Assembly (NCBI GenBank): GCA_964589815.1 | Contig: CAZPUR010000003.1 | Location: 42,554-106,553 of the forward strand | Reading direction: 5' to 3' | Length of the DNA stretch: 64,000 bases | Source: an uncultured Pseudomonadales bacterium | GTDB taxonomy: Bacteria; Patescibacteriota; Microgenomatia; UBA1400 | In this document: positions 17,623 through 28,262 of the stretch, piece by piece | Numbering within the stretch: position 1 is the stretch's first letter | Layout: the number at the start of each line of letters is the position of its first letter | Position numbers and translations under genes: made by a program | Notes under the pieces: model-generated | Databases searched by the model: none | What the model saw: the letters and a program-made list of their open reading frames with translations, nothing else | What the model was told of the DNA's origin: nothing

Positions 17623-20600
17623 AGAACATTATGGATTTTAAAAGCCTAACTATTAAATTAGCTTCGCCAGAAGAAATTAAGAGCTGGTCCCATGGCGAAG
17701 TAACTAAGCCAGAAACGATTAATTATAGGACACTGAAACCTGAAAAAGATGGTCTTTTTTGCGAACGGACTTTTGGTCCTACTAAAGATTATGAATGTTA
17801 TTGTGGTAAATATAAAAGAATAAGATACAGAGGTATTATTTGCGATAAATGTGGTGTTGAAGTAACTCAATCTCGGGTAAGGAGAGAGAGGATGGGTCAT
17901 ATTACTCTTGCTTCTCCCGTGGCCCATGTTTGGTTTTTCAAAGGAGCGCCTTCAAAACTTTCATTATTATTAGATATTAGTCCTCGTAATTTAGGCGGCA
18001 TCATCTATTTCGCTCGCTATCTGGTTTTAGAAGTTGACGAAAATAAAAGAAAAGAAGTTCTAAAAAAGCTTAAACTTGATCTTAAGAAAACTAAAGACAA
18101 ATTAGAATTAGAGGCAAAAAAAGAAACAGATCAGATAGAAAAAGAAGGGGAGAAGGATATTAAGGAGATCAAACAAAAAATTAAAACCAAAGAACAACAA
18201 GATTTAGCCCTAGAAGAAGCCAGAATCAGAACGAAACAAAAAATAAACAATATTAGAGATAATCTTTTTTCAGAAAAGGAAACGGCAGAAGAAATTTATA
18301 AAACCATTATTGATATGGTAAGAAGGGTTAAAATAAAAAGTGTTTTATCAGAAGAGGAATATTTAAGGCTTTCTGATTATAAAGCCATTTCTTTTATTAA
18401 AACTGGCATGGGAGCAGAAAGCCTTTTGGATTTAATTAAAAGTCTTGATTTAGCTAAATTAACCGCTAGTTTAAGAAAAACAATTCACAAATCCAGTGGT
18501 CAAAAGAAGGTTAAAGCCATTAAAAGATTAAGAGTAGTTGAGGGGATGAATAAGGTTTCTATTAGCCCCAACTGGATGATTTTAAGGGTTTTACCCGTAA
18601 TTCCACCCGACCTGAGACCGATGGTGCAGCTTTCCGGCGGCCGCTTTGCCACTTCTGACCTTAATGATCTTTATCGTCGAGTAATTAATCGTAATAATCG
18701 TTTAAAACACCTGATTAATCTCGGCGCTCCGGAGATTATTTTACATAATGAAAAAAGAATGCTTCAGGAAGCGGTAGATACTTTAATTGATGCCTCTCAA
18801 TCTCGTCAATCAAGAAGAAGAGGAACTAAAGAACTTAAGTCTCTTTCTGATATGTTGAGGGGAAAACAAGGTCGTTTTCGACAGAATTTATTAGGAAAAA
18901 GAGTTGACTACTCAGGCAGAAGCGTTATCATCGTCGGGCCCGAGTTAAAACTTGATCAATGCGGTTTACCTAAGGAAATGGCTTTAGAGATGTTTAAACC
19001 TTATATTCTCCATGAAATTATTGCTACTGGTTTGGCTCCTAATGTTAAAAGTGCCAAACATGTTTTAGAACGGCGGCCAGAAGAAGTATTTGATATTTTA
19101 GAGAAAATTACCCGCGACCATCCGGTGTTGTTAAACCGAGCGCCGACCTTACACAAGCTCGGAATTCAGGCCTTTAAACCCGTGCTTATTGAAGGTGATG
19201 CGATTCAAATTCATCCTTGTGTCTGCGCTGGTTATAATGCTGATTTTGATGGCGACCAAATGGCCGTTCATGTGCCTTTAACTAAGGATGCTATCAAAGA
19301 ATGCTATGAGTTGATGACTCCGGTTCATAATTTACTTAAGCCTGCCGATGGTTCACCGATCACTTTGCCCAATAAGGAAATGGCTTTAGGTTGTTATTAT
19401 CTTACTAGCATTGATAGTCGTTTACAATTTAATGAAGAAAAAGTTTACGCTTCAGAAGAGGCAATTTTAGCTTTACAGCAGGGCAAAATTGAATTACGCC
19501 AAGCAATAAAAGTAAGAATTGATAAAAAGATTATTAAAACCACTTCTGGTAGAATTTTGTTCAACCAGGCCCTACCTGAAGAGTTTGGTTTTTTCAATAG
19601 GGCCATTGATGCCGGTGTTTTAAAAGAGATTATTAAGGAGGGTTTTGAAGAACTAGATCAAGAGAAAATTAGTAAAATAATTGACGACCTTAAGGACTTA
19701 GGTTTTAAAGCGGCCACGGTGGCGGGAATTTCTATTTCTACGACTGACTGTAAAATTATTCCGGAAAAAGAACAGATCATTAAGCAAGCCAATAAAAAGG
19801 CGGCTGAAATAGAAGAAAATTATTCTCAAGGCCTTTTGACTTCAGAAGAAAAGCAGCGGCTTTCTAATGAGTTATGGATGGATACCACGGAGATAATTGC
19901 TGAGAAAACTTGGGAAGCTTTTGGTTCGCAAAACGCAGTTAAACTTGTCATTAATTCTGGTGGCACCCGAGCTTCTAAAGATCAAGTGAAGCAACTTTCG
20001 GCTATGCGAGGCTTAGTGGTTGATCCCCTGGGAAAAATAGTAGAACTACCTACCAAATCCAATTTTAAGGAAGGTTTGTCAGTTTTTGAATATGTTTCTT
20101 CCAGTCGGGGCTCAAGAAAGGGTTTAACCGATTCAGCCATTAAGACTGCTGATGCAGGTTATTTGACTCGCCGTTTGGTGGATGTAGCCCATGAAGTGAT
20201 TATTAGAGAGAAAGATTGCGGTACTGACGAAGGCATTATGATTAAAAAAGAAGGTCTTAGAGCCAAATCCTTTTTCAGTCGCATTTTAGGTCGGGTTTTA
20301 CTTCAGGACATTAAAGATCCTAAAACCAAAAAGATAATTCTAAAAAAAGGAGAATTGGTTAAAGAAAAACATTTGGAATCTTTAAATAAGGCTAAAATTA
20401 CTCAAGTTAAAATTAGGTCGCCTTTAACCTGCAATACTAAACATGGTCTTTGCCAACAGTGTTATGGTTGGAATTTAGCCTACAAAAAATTGGTTGAACT
20501 AGGTGACCCAATAGGAGTAATGGCCGCCCAAAGTATTGGCGAGCCCGGGACACAATTAACCATGAGGGTGAAACATACAGGCGGGATTGTGGGTTTAGAC

Positions 20601-21383
20601 GTCACTCAAGGTTTACCAAGAGTGGAAGAACTATTTGAGGCCCGGATTCCTAAATTTTTATCACCTATCTCAGAAATTAATGGGAAAGTGAGCATTAAAC
20701 AAACACCTCAGGGTTATGAAGTCACGGTCAAAAGCGTGGCCATTAAACCCCAAGAAGAAAGAAGTTATTTAGTGCCTTTAACTAGTACCCTAAAAGTAAA
20801 AAATAATCAGCTAATTAATATTGGTACTCAACTTGCTTCTGGCAGTTTGGACCTTAAGGAGATTTTGAAAGTTAAAGGCTTAAGAGAAGTTCAATGTTAT
20901 CTAATTGAGGAAATCCAAAAAGTATATGAATCTCAGGGAATTCCGATTAATGATCGTCATTTTGAAGTTATTGTCAGAAAAATGTGTGATAAAGTAAAAC
21001 TTGACCATCCCGGCGATACCTCTTTGCTTCCGGGAGAATTGGTTCCCAGATACCATTTTGAGGAAGAAAACGCAGCTTGTCTGGCTAAAGGCGGGAGTCC
21101 GGCCACGGCCAAACTAGTGATTTTAGGCATTACTCGGGCCTCGCTCTATACTGAGTCTTGGCTATCCGCCGCTTCCTTCCAAGAAACATCGAATGTTTTA
21201 ACTGAGGCCTCGATACAAGCCCAAGAAGACCACCTTTTAGGTCTAAAGGAAAACGTGATTATTGGTAGATTGATTCCCACTATGGTAAAATCGGAGAAAC
21301 CTAAGGAGAAAAAAAAGGAGAAAGATGCCAACCATCAATCAACTAGTAAAAAAAGGCAGGAAAAAAAGAAAAAAGAGAATTAA
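17619..21383 (+). CDS. rpoC: DNA-directed RNA polymerase subunit beta'
   Basis: Zn-finger [20 protein letters not shown] and catalytic [16 protein letters not shown] overlap with rpoB. Confidence 0.98.
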   Translation: MKNIMDFKSLTIKLASPEEIKSWSHGEVTKPETINYRTLKPEKDGLFCERTFGPTKDYECYCGKYKRIRYRGIICDKCGVEVTQSRVRRERMGHITLASPVAHVWFFKGAPSKLSLLLDISPRNLGGIIYFARYLVLEVDENKRKEVLKKLKLDLKKTKDKLELEAKKETDQIEKEGEKDIKEIKQKIKTKEQQDLALEEARIRTKQKINNIRDNLFSEKETAEEIYKTIIDMVRRVKIKSVLSEEEYLRLSDYKAISFIKTGMGAESLLDLIKSLDLAKLTASLRKTIHKSSGQKKVKAIKRLRVVEGMNKVSISPNWMILRVLPVIPPDLRPMVQLSGGRFATSDLNDLYRRVINRNNRLKHLINLGAPEIILHNEKRMLQEAVDTLIDASQSRQSRRRGTKELKSLSDMLRGKQGRFRQNLLGKRVDYSGRSVIIVGPELKLDQCGLPKEMALEMFKPYILHEIIATGLAPNVKSAKHVLERRPEEVFDILEKITRDHPVLLNRAPTLHKLGIQAFKPVLIEGDAIQIHPCVCAGYNADFDGDQMAVHVPLTKDAIKECYELMTPVHNLLKPADGSPITLPNKEMALGCYYLTSIDSRLQFNEEKVYASEEAILALQQGKIELRQAIKVRIDKKIIKTTSGRILFNQALPEEFGFFNRAIDAGVLKEIIKEGFEELDQEKISKIIDDLKDLGFKAATVAGISISTTDCKIIPEKEQIIKQANKKAAEIEENYSQGLLTSEEKQRLSNELWMDTTEIIAEKTWEAFGSQNAVKLVINSGGTRASKDQVKQLSAMRGLVVDPLGKIVELPTKSNFKEGLSVFEYVSSSRGSRKGLTDSAIKTADAGYLTRRLVDVAHEVIIREKDCGTDEGIMIKKEGLRAKSFFSRILGRVLLQDIKDPKTKKIILKKGELVKEKHLESLNKAKITQVKIRSPLTCNTKHGLCQQCYGWNLAYKKLVELGDPIGVMAAQSIGEPGTQLTMRVKHTGGIVGLDVTQGLPRVEELFEARIPKFLSPISEINGKVSIKQTPQGYEVTVKSVAIKPQEERSYLVPLTSTLKVKNNQLINIGTQLASGSLDLKEILKVKGLREVQCYLIEEIQKVYESQGIPINDRHFEVIVRKMCDKVKLDHPGDTSLLPGELVPRYHFEEENAACLAKGGSPATAKLVILGITRASLYTESWLSAASFQETSNVLTEASIQAQEDHLLGLKENVIIGRLIPTMVKSEKPKEKKKEKDANHQSTSKKRQEKKKKEN

Positions 21384-21813
21384 AGCGACTGCCTTGCACC
21401 GTTCTTTTAACAGTATCAGGAGACAACACATTAAAACTGTTAATCCCCAAAAACGGGGGGTCTGTACTGTGGTCAAGACAGCGACACCTAAAAAACCCAA
21501 CTCGGCCTTAAGAAAAGTAGCCAGAGTTAGGCTTTCCAATAAACAGGAAGTGACTGCCTATATTCCGGGTGAAGGCCATAATTTAGCCGAACACTCCATT
21601 GTTTTAGTCCGGAGTGGTCGGGTTAAAGACCTACCCGGAGTTAAATATCATATTATTAGAGGAAAATATGATTGTTTAGGGGTGGAAGGTCGATTGAAAG
21701 GTCGATCTAAATATGGCACTAGGGCCGGCGGCAAAGTAGGCGTAGTGACGGGCACGGCTACTGTTGCTGCCAGTGACCAAGCAGCACCAACACCAGCCCA
21801 GAAAAGTGAATAA
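21325..21813 (+). CDS. rpsL: 30S ribosomal protein S12 (uS12), with C-terminal extension
   Basis: [14 protein letters not shown]-terminus and [10 protein letters not shown] motif. SD AAGGAGAAAG upstream. Confidence 0.95.
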   Translation: MPTINQLVKKGRKKRKKRIKATALHRSFNSIRRQHIKTVNPQKRGVCTVVKTATPKKPNSALRKVARVRLSNKQEVTAYIPGEGHNLAEHSIVLVRSGRVKDLPGVKYHIIRGKYDCLGVEGRLKGRSKYGTRAGGKVGVVTGTATVAASDQAAPTPAQKSE

Positions 21814-21815
21814 TT

Positions 21816-22298
21816 ATGCCAAGATCAGGAAGAATTAGGAAACAATTATTGATTCCAGATCCGATTTACGGTAATCGCCAAATAATGCGTTTGGTTAATC
21901 GAGTGATGCAAGATGGCAAAAAACAAATTGCCTTTAAAGAGGTGTATCAGGCTTTAAAGATTGTTAAACAAAAGACTAAAACTGATGAGCCAGTAGAAGT
22001 TTTTCATCAAGCTTTGGAAAATATTAAACCCAATTTAGAGGTCAGGTCGCGAAGAGTTGGCGGGGCTGCCTATCAAGTCCCCATGCCTGTTAAAGGTGAT
22101 CGCCGAGAGGCTTTGGCCATCAGGTGGTTAATTTTTGCCGCTCGCAAAAGACCTAACAAGGAATATCATAGCTTTAGCGAAAAATTGGCAGCGGAAATGA
22201 TCGATGCTTCTAAAAATGAAGGTGGGGCGATTCAGAAAAAACAAGAAACCCAACGTATGGCCGATGCCAACAAAGCCTTCAGTCATTTCCGATGGTAA
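21816..22298 (+). CDS. rpsG: 30S ribosomal protein S7 (uS7)
   Basis: MPRSGRIRKQLLIPDPIYGN ... RVGGAAYQVP family pattern; str-operon position. Confidence 0.95.
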   Translation: MPRSGRIRKQLLIPDPIYGNRQIMRLVNRVMQDGKKQIAFKEVYQALKIVKQKTKTDEPVEVFHQALENIKPNLEVRSRRVGGAAYQVPMPVKGDRREALAIRWLIFAARKRPNKEYHSFSEKLAAEMIDASKNEGGAIQKKQETQRMADANKAFSHFRW

Positions 22299-22750
22299 AA
22301 ATAATCAAATTAATTTTTTCTATTTTTCTTTGCCAACTGGTAGGCTTAATTGGTTCTGTCTTTACCACCCCGGCCATTTCCAGTTGGTATGCTTATCTGA
22401 ATAAACCCAGTTTTAGTCCACCTAATTGGCTTTTCGGGCCAGTTTGGCTGAGTCTTTATACTTTAATGGGCATGAGTTTTTATTTAGTTTGGCAAAAGAA
22501 AAATAATCAAGTTGCCATTAAAGTTTTTCTTGCCCAGCTGGTCTTAAACAGTCTTTGGTCAATTATTTTCTTTGGCTTGCGTCAGCCCTTTTGGGCCTTG
22601 GTGGAAATTATTTTCCTTTGGTTTTTGATTTTACTCACGATTTTAAAATTTAAAAAAATTTCTCGATTAGCCAGCCTACTTCTGATTCCCTATCTTTTAT
22701 GGGTCAGTTTCGCCAGCCTTCTTAATTTTTATATTTTTAAGTTAAATTAA
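22292..22750 (+). CDS. tspO: TspO/MBR-family tryptophan-rich sensory membrane protein
   Basis: WYAYLNKPSFSPPNWLFGPVWLSLYTLMGMSFYLVW is the canonical TspO signature. Five TM segments. Confidence 0.85.
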   Translation: MVKIIKLIFSIFLCQLVGLIGSVFTTPAISSWYAYLNKPSFSPPNWLFGPVWLSLYTLMGMSFYLVWQKKNNQVAIKVFLAQLVLNSLWSIIFFGLRQPFWALVEIIFLWFLILLTILKFKKISRLASLLLIPYLLWVSFASLLNFYIFKLN

Positions 22751-22939
22751 TGAGAGTTTGGGATTTAAATCCAAGTCTGTATGGATTACGATCGGTGATT
22801 TATGCCAAACCTTCAGGAACTAGATGTGCAGAGGTTGGAGGGAAAGTAGAAAAAGATGCTTCTCGGGAGATGATGGTAAACAACTAGTTCTAACTTCCTC
22901 TCCACCAAAGGCGGACAGGTACTGCGGGGAGCAAAATCC

Positions 22940-22968
22940 TTGCCTTCTCAAGAGTTTTTTGTTACAAT
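22940..22968 (+). promoter_or_regulatory. putative fusA-tuf promoter (TTGCCT, 17 nt, extended -10 TGtTACAAT)
   Basis: Read directly in the 336-nt tspO-fusA gap. Confidence 0.45.
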
Positions 22969-23006
22969 ATCTTTTAGTTGTAATTCACTAAGTTAGAAGC
23001 CTATTG

Positions 23007-23059
23007 ATGCTTCCTTTAGGGGTCTTTGACCTTGAGCTTAGACCGAAAGGAAGCATTTT
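23007..23059 (+). terminator. long hairpin plus U-tract in the fusA leader (attenuator-like)
   Basis: ATGCTTCCTTT pairs with AAAGGAAGCAT (11 bp), inner GGTCT/AGACC, followed by TTTTGGTTG. Ends 27 nt before the fusA ATG. Confidence 0.5.
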
Positions 23060-23086
23060 GGTTGAAAAAAGGTTAAAATAAAAAAG

Positions 23087-25246
23087 ATGCCAGTACAACA
23101 AGACGACTATACCAAAACCAAAGACATCATCCCGATCGATCGGGTGCGTAACATTGGCATTATTGCCCATATTGATGCGGGTAAAACCACCACCACCGAA
23201 CGGATTCTGTATTACACTGGTAAAACATACAAGATAGGCGATATTGACGAGGGCACGACTCAGATGGACTGGATGGAACAGGAAAAGGAAAGAGGCATTA
23301 CTATTCAATCGGCCGCTACCACTTGCTTCTGGCCACCCGCAGACAAAGTGAAAGATAAAAACAAAATTCACCGGATTAACATTATTGATACTCCTGGCCA
23401 CGTTGATTTTACTGCTGAAGTAGAAAGGTCCTTGCGTGTTTTAGATGGTGGGATTGTGGTTTTTGATGCTGAAGAAGGAGTTCAATCCCAATCAGAAACA
23501 GTCTGGCGCCAGGCAGATAAATACAATGTTCCTCGAATTTGTTTTGTTAATAAAATGGACAAGCTGGGGGCGGATTTTATGATGACCATCGGCATGATTA
23601 AAGACAGATTGGGAGCCAATCCAGCCATTATGTCCTTGCCTATTGGGGCAGAGAAAGATTTTAAAGGGATGGTGTTACTTTTAGAAAAAAAAGCCCTTAT
23701 TTGGTTGGGCGATGAGACCGGAGCCAAATATCAAGAAAAAGAGATTCCTCAAGCAATGGAAAAAGAAGTAGAAAAATACCGCAGTTTATTAATCGAACAG
23801 ATTTGTGAACAGGCATCAGATGATAAACTTTTAGAACAATTTCTCGAAGGCAAGGAGCCCTCTTTAACAGAACTTAAAAAAGGTTTACGTCAGGCAACCA
23901 TTGTTTATAAATTGGTGCCTACTTTTTGCGGTTCTTCTTTGCGCAATAAAGGCGTTCAACCTTTACTTGATGCGGTGATAGATTATTTGCCTTCGCCGCT
24001 TGACATCCCGCCTGTTGCTGGCTATAATTCAAAACAGAAAGCGGAAGAAAAACGAGAAGCTAGAGCTGACCAGCCGCTGGCCGCTTTAGCGTTCAAAGTT
24101 CAAACCGACCCCCACGTGGGCCGTTTGACTTATATTCGGATTTATTCTGGCACTTTAACATCTGGCAGTTATGTTTATAATGCCACTAAAGAGAAACAAG
24201 AAAGAGTCGGCCGCCTCTTATTAATGCATGCTAACAAACGGGAAGAAATCAAAAAAGCGGAGGCTGGAGAAATTGTCGCCATTGTAGGCTTAAAAGATAC
24301 GGCTACAGGCGATACTCTGGCTCATGAGGCTAAACCAATTATTTTAGAGTCAATTAGTTTTCCCGAACCAGTGATTTCTTTAGCGATTGAACCCAAAACT
24401 AGGGCTGACCAAGAAAAATTAAGCTATTCTTTAAGAAAACTAGCTGAAGAAGACCCGACTTTTCGAATCAAAAGCGACCGGGAGACTGGTCAAACCGTGA
24501 TTTCCGGCATGGGAGAGCTTCACTTAGAAATTTTAGTTGACCGGATGAAGCGAGAATTTAAAGTTAGCGCCAATACCGGCCAACCCCAAGTAGCCTATAA
24601 AGAGACAATTACTAAGATAGCCGAAGGGGAAGGTAAATACATTCGTCAATCCGGCGGTCGGGGTCAATACGGTCACTGTCTCTTAAGAGTTGAACCTCAA
24701 GAGCGAGGGCAAGGTTATGAATTTATCAATGAGATTAAGGGGGCGGCTATTCCTAGAGAATTTATCCCCGCTATAGGAAAAGGGGTTAAAGAATCGATGG
24801 AAAATGGTGTTTTAGCTGGTTATCCTTTGGTGGACATGAAAGTAGCCGTTTATGACGGTAGTTATCATGAAGTTGATTCTTCAGAGATAGCCTTTAAAAT
24901 TGCTGGTTCTATCGCCCTACAAACAGCAGTAAAACTGGCTAACCTGGTTTTGTTAGAACCAATTATGAAGTTGGAGGTAACCACTCCTGAAGAACACCTG
25001 GGCGAAGTCATCGGCGATTTATCTAGTAAGAGGGCTAAAATTTTAGGCACAGAAACCAAGCATAAAACTAAAATTATTAGTGCTTTAGTCCCCCTAGCCG
25101 AAATGGCTCAATATGCCACCAGATTAAGGACTTTGACTGCCGGTAGAGCCTCATTTTATATGGAACCAAGCCATTATGAGGAAGTTCCGGCTAACATAAC
25201 TGAACAGATAATCAATAAAAATAAAGCTAAAGAAGAAAGTAAATAA
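23087..25246 (+). CDS. fusA: elongation factor G
   Basis: [19 protein letters not shown] and DTPGHVDF G-domain motifs; 719 aa. Confidence 0.97.
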   Translation: MPVQQDDYTKTKDIIPIDRVRNIGIIAHIDAGKTTTTERILYYTGKTYKIGDIDEGTTQMDWMEQEKERGITIQSAATTCFWPPADKVKDKNKIHRINIIDTPGHVDFTAEVERSLRVLDGGIVVFDAEEGVQSQSETVWRQADKYNVPRICFVNKMDKLGADFMMTIGMIKDRLGANPAIMSLPIGAEKDFKGMVLLLEKKALIWLGDETGAKYQEKEIPQAMEKEVEKYRSLLIEQICEQASDDKLLEQFLEGKEPSLTELKKGLRQATIVYKLVPTFCGSSLRNKGVQPLLDAVIDYLPSPLDIPPVAGYNSKQKAEEKREARADQPLAALAFKVQTDPHVGRLTYIRIYSGTLTSGSYVYNATKEKQERVGRLLLMHANKREEIKKAEAGEIVAIVGLKDTATGDTLAHEAKPIILESISFPEPVISLAIEPKTRADQEKLSYSLRKLAEEDPTFRIKSDRETGQTVISGMGELHLEILVDRMKREFKVSANTGQPQVAYKETITKIAEGEGKYIRQSGGRGQYGHCLLRVEPQERGQGYEFINEIKGAAIPREFIPAIGKGVKESMENGVLAGYPLVDMKVAVYDGSYHEVDSSEIAFKIAGSIALQTAVKLANLVLLEPIMKLEVTTPEEHLGEVIGDLSSKRAKILGTETKHKTKIISALVPLAEMAQYATRLRTLTAGRASFYMEPSHYEEVPANITEQIINKNKAKEESK

Positions 25247-25280
25247 AAATTAAATTATTTAGACATTTAGGAGGTCTATT

Positions 25281-26459
25281 ATGGCGACATTTCAACGCAC
25301 TAAGCCACATGTGAATATTGGTACCATTGGTCATGTTGACCATGGCAAAACTACCCTTTCGGCCGCTATTACTCAATTTTTAGCCAAGAAAGGCCAGGCA
25401 GAAGCTTTAAAGTTCGAAGACATTGATAAAGCTCCTGAAGAAAAGGAAAGGGGAATTACTATTTCCATTACTCATTTAGAGTACGAGACTGATAAAAGAC
25501 ACTACGCCCATATCGACTGTCCCGGCCACAAAGATTATATTAAAAATATGATTACGGGCGCCGCCCAGATGGATGGCGCCATTTTAGTCGTGGCCGCCAC
25601 TGATGGCCCTATGCCTCAAACTAGAGAGCATATTCTTTTAGCCCGCCAGGTTAATGTGCCGGCAGTGGTGGTTTTTCTTAATAAAGTTGATGCGGTTGAG
25701 GACAAAGAACTACTGGATTTGGTAGAGATGGAGATTAGAGAGCTTTTGAAAAAATATAAATTCCCCGGAGACAAGATTCCTATCATTAAAGGCTCGGCCC
25801 TAAAGGCCTTACAAGGAGATGAGGAAGCTCAAAAATCAATAGAAGAACTGCTTAAAGCCATAGACGATTATATTCCTACTCCCGAAAGGCCGATTGACAA
25901 ACCATTCTTAATGCCCATTGAAGACGTTTTCTCTATTAAAGGAAGAGGAACAGTAGTCACTGGCAGGATTGCCCGAGGAAAAGTCAAGGTAGGCGAGGAA
26001 GTAGAGATTGTGGGTATTAAAGATACCAAAAAAACTACCGTCACCGGCGTGGAAATGTTTAGAAAACAACTTGATGAAGGTCAGGCTGGTGATAATGTAG
26101 GGATTTTATTAAGAGGGGTTGATAAAAAGGACGTAGAAAGAGGTCAAGTTTTAGCCAAACCTGGAACGACCAAGCCTCATACTGAGTTTGAGTCAGAGGT
26201 TTACATTCTCACTAAGGAAGAGGGCGGTCGTCATACACCTTTCTTTACTGGTTACAAACCTCAATTCTATGTTGGCACTACTGATGTTACCGGCGAAGTG
26301 CAGCTACCTAAGGGAGTGGAGATGGTAATGCCTGGTGATAATGCCAAAATGACAGTTAAGTTAATTGTTCCTGTGGCCATGGAGGAAAGCCTGAGATTTG
26401 CTATCCGTGAGGGGGGCAAGACTGTGGGCGCTGGAGTTATCTCAAAAATTTTAAAATAA
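25281..26459 (+). CDS. tuf: elongation factor Tu
   Basis: [18 protein letters not shown] and NKVD motifs. SD AGGAGG upstream. Confidence 0.98.
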   Translation: MATFQRTKPHVNIGTIGHVDHGKTTLSAAITQFLAKKGQAEALKFEDIDKAPEEKERGITISITHLEYETDKRHYAHIDCPGHKDYIKNMITGAAQMDGAILVVAATDGPMPQTREHILLARQVNVPAVVVFLNKVDAVEDKELLDLVEMEIRELLKKYKFPGDKIPIIKGSALKALQGDEEAQKSIEELLKAIDDYIPTPERPIDKPFLMPIEDVFSIKGRGTVVTGRIARGKVKVGEEVEIVGIKDTKKTTVTGVEMFRKQLDEGQAGDNVGILLRGVDKKDVERGQVLAKPGTTKPHTEFESEVYILTKEEGGRHTPFFTGYKPQFYVGTTDVTGEVQLPKGVEMVMPGDNAKMTVKLIVPVAMEESLRFAIREGGKTVGAGVISKILK

Positions 26460-26470
26460 AATATCTAAAT

Positions 26471-26493
26471 CCCCCCGACGTAACATCGGGGGG
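26471..26493 (+). repeat. GC hairpin CCCCCCGA-CGTAACA-TCGGGGGG overlapping the rpsJ SD
   Basis: 8-bp stem. The 3' arm runs into GGAG, 9 nt before the ATG at 26505. Inverted relative at 32112-32129. Confidence 0.75.
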
Positions 26494-26504
26494 AGCACTT
26501 TCAA

Positions 26505-26813
26505 ATGGCAAAACAGAGGATTAGGGTCAAATTAAAAGCTTTTGATCACCGGATTATCGATGAATGTTGTCAGAAAATATTACAGACGGCTTTATCTACC
26601 GGAGCTAAAGTTATTGGGCCAGTGCCTTTACCCACAAGGAGAAAGACGATTACAGTGACCACTAGTCCACACACTGATAAAGATGCCCGAGAGCATTTTC
26701 AGATTCTAACTCATAAACGGTTGATTGATATTATCCAGCCGACGGATAAAACAATTGATAGTTTAATGCATTTGGAATTGCCGGCGGGAGTCGGGATTGA
26801 AATTAAGATGTGA
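26505..26813 (+). CDS. rpsJ: 30S ribosomal protein S10 (uS10)
   Basis: [17 protein letters not shown] ... [16 protein letters not shown] family pattern. Confidence 0.95.
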   Translation: MAKQRIRVKLKAFDHRIIDECCQKILQTALSTGAKVIGPVPLPTRRKTITVTTSPHTDKDAREHFQILTHKRLIDIIQPTDKTIDSLMHLELPAGVGIEIKM

Positions 26814-26833
26814 TAAATTAAACACTCAAAATT

Positions 26834-26859
26834 TGGCCCGGTTTAAGGGCCATTTTTTT
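26834..26859 (+). terminator. intrinsic-terminator-like hairpin between rpsJ and rplC (TGGCCC-N7-GGGCCA + T7)
   Basis: 6-bp GC stem followed directly by seven T. Confidence 0.55.
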
Positions 26860-26892
26860 AGAGAGTTTATAGTGTCGTTACGGAGCGAATTT

Positions 26893-26950
26893 GTCATTCT
26901 GGAGCGAAGCGATAGAATCCCTTGGGATCCTTTGCTGTGCTCAGGATGAT
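26893..26950 (+). repeat. head-to-head pair of GTCATYCTG-type repeats forming one long hairpin
   Basis: GTCATTCTGGAGCGAAGCGATAGAATCCC / GGGATCCTTTGCTGTGCTCAGGATGAT. Arm differences are mostly T-versus-C (G.U in the sense RNA). The 3' arm covers the ATG at 26946. Confidence 0.75.
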
Positions 26951-26960
26951 TAATCATTCC

Positions 26961-27521
26961 ATGATTAATCAATTTTATGGATTTAAGATAGACCAACAAC
27001 AAACCTTTAATAATGAGGACAAGCGGTTAGTGGTGACCAAAATTAAAGTAGAGCCTTTAGAAGTCAAGCGGGTGAAAAATGAGGCTAAAGATGGCTATTG
27101 GGCTTTACAAGTTAAGGTGGGTAAGTTTCTCAGAGAGTTAAGATTAAATGAAGAACTTAAAATCAAGCCAGGAGAAAAAATCAATCCTGGCTCGGTTTTT
27201 AAAAAAGCTGATCGAGTTCAAGTAAAAGGCATAACTAAAGGCAGAGGTTTTGCAGGCGTGGTTAAACGCTGGGGTTTTCATGGAGGACCTAAAACCCATG
27301 GACAGTCTGATAGAGCGAGAGCTCCGGGTTCAATTGGTCAAGGAACTAGCCCGGGTCGGGTTTGGAAAGGCAAAAAAATGCCCGGCCATATGGGGAATAA
27401 ACCTAAAACTATTAAAGGCCTTAAGGTTTTTAAAATAGATGAAGATAAAGGCGAACTTTGGTTGGCTGGAGTAGTTCCAGGCAATAAAGGAGGACTACTC
27501 AAAATTAGCAAAATAGGCTAA
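26961..27521 (+). CDS. rplC: 50S ribosomal protein L3 (uL3)
   Basis: KGRGFAGVVKRWGFHGGPKTHGQSDRARAPGSIG motif. Start set at ATG 26961 by alignment logic to L3 N-termini; 26946 is possible. The caller's TTG at 26922 lies in the hairpin. Confidence 0.9.
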   Translation: MINQFYGFKIDQQQTFNNEDKRLVVTKIKVEPLEVKRVKNEAKDGYWALQVKVGKFLRELRLNEELKIKPGEKINPGSVFKKADRVQVKGITKGRGFAGVVKRWGFHGGPKTHGQSDRARAPGSIGQGTSPGRVWKGKKMPGHMGNKPKTIKGLKVFKIDEDKGELWLAGVVPGNKGGLLKISKIG

Positions 27522-27626
27522 TTTTGAGTAATAGCCAAATAATCCAATAAACGAATACTCAAATACTCAAAAAAATAATTTGTTTATTGGAAATATTGGA
27601 AATATTAGTTTATTTGAGTATTAATT
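27522..27626 (+). repeat. rplC-rplD spacer module with reciprocal TTTGAGTA / TACTCAAA and CCAATAAAC / GTTTATTGG complements
   Basis: TTTGAGTA at 27523 and 27613; TACTCAAA at 27555 and 27564; 9-bp complement 27544-52 / 27581-89. TATTGGAAA x2. Confidence 0.65.
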
Positions 27627-28262
27627 ATGCAAATTGATGTTATTAGTATCAGCGGCAGAAAATTAAGCCAGATGACCATTCCGGCAGAGATTTTTAATGC
27701 CAAAATTAATAATGTCTTAATGGTTCAGGCGGCTCGTGTTTTTTCAAGCAATCAACGCCAAAGTCCAGCCAAGACCAAAAGACGGGGAGAAATTAATCTT
27801 TCTGGTAGAAAAATTTACCGCCAGAAAGGTACAGGTCGGGCCAGACACGGAGACAAAAAGCCCGGCATTTTTGTTAAAGGTGCTAAAGCCCATGGTCCGA
27901 CCGGCGAGCAGAATTTTAAACTCAAAATAAGCAAAAAAATGAGAAGATTAGCCTTATACAGCGCCTTAAGTTATAAATTTAAAGAGAAAGAAGTAATGGT
28001 GATGAGCGGATTAGATAAAATTGAACCTAAAACCAAACAAATGACTAAAGTTATTAATCATCTAATCAATAAATCCCGCAAATTCACTTTTGTATTGCCA
28101 TCTAAATTGGAAAATGTAATTCGGGCAGGAAGAAATATAGCCGGAGTAAATTTAATCCAGGCAAGACAGCTAAACGCTTATCAGGTTTTAAATGCTGGCC
28201 AATTAGTTTTTATGAAAGAAAGTATTGAAGTTTTAAAAGACACGTTTATTAAGAAAAGATGA
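27627..28262 (+). CDS. rplD: 50S ribosomal protein L4 (uL4)
   Basis: RQKGTGRARHG motif; operon position. Confidence 0.95.
   Translation: MQIDVISISGRKLSQMTIPAEIFNAKINNVLMVQAARVFSSNQRQSPAKTKRRGEINLSGRKIYRQKGTGRARHGDKKPGIFVKGAKAHGPTGEQNFKLKISKKMRRLALYSALSYKFKEKEVMVMSGLDKIEPKTKQMTKVINHLINKSRKFTFVLPSKLENVIRAGRNIAGVNLIQARQLNAYQVLNAGQLVFMKESIEVLKDTFIKKR

Noticed and set aside
17658-21539. Minus-strand ORFs 17658..17927, 21146..21331 and 21339..21539
   Set aside because: Antisense to rpoC and rpsL. Typical shadow frames.
22751-22950. RNase P RNA, SRP RNA, tmRNA or 6S RNA in the tspO-fusA gap
   Set aside because: GGAGGGAAAGT and GGTAAAC loosely recall RNase P motifs, and GACCGAAAGGAAGCA recalls SRP helix 8. 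But the region is too short, the universal motifs are not intact, and the SRP-like string is better explained by a perfect 11-bp hairpin. Kept only as an unclassified structured leader.
22988-23401. 137-aa minus-strand ORF spanning the fusA start and leader
   Set aside because: Antisense to the conserved EF-G G-domain and the leader hairpin. No independent support.
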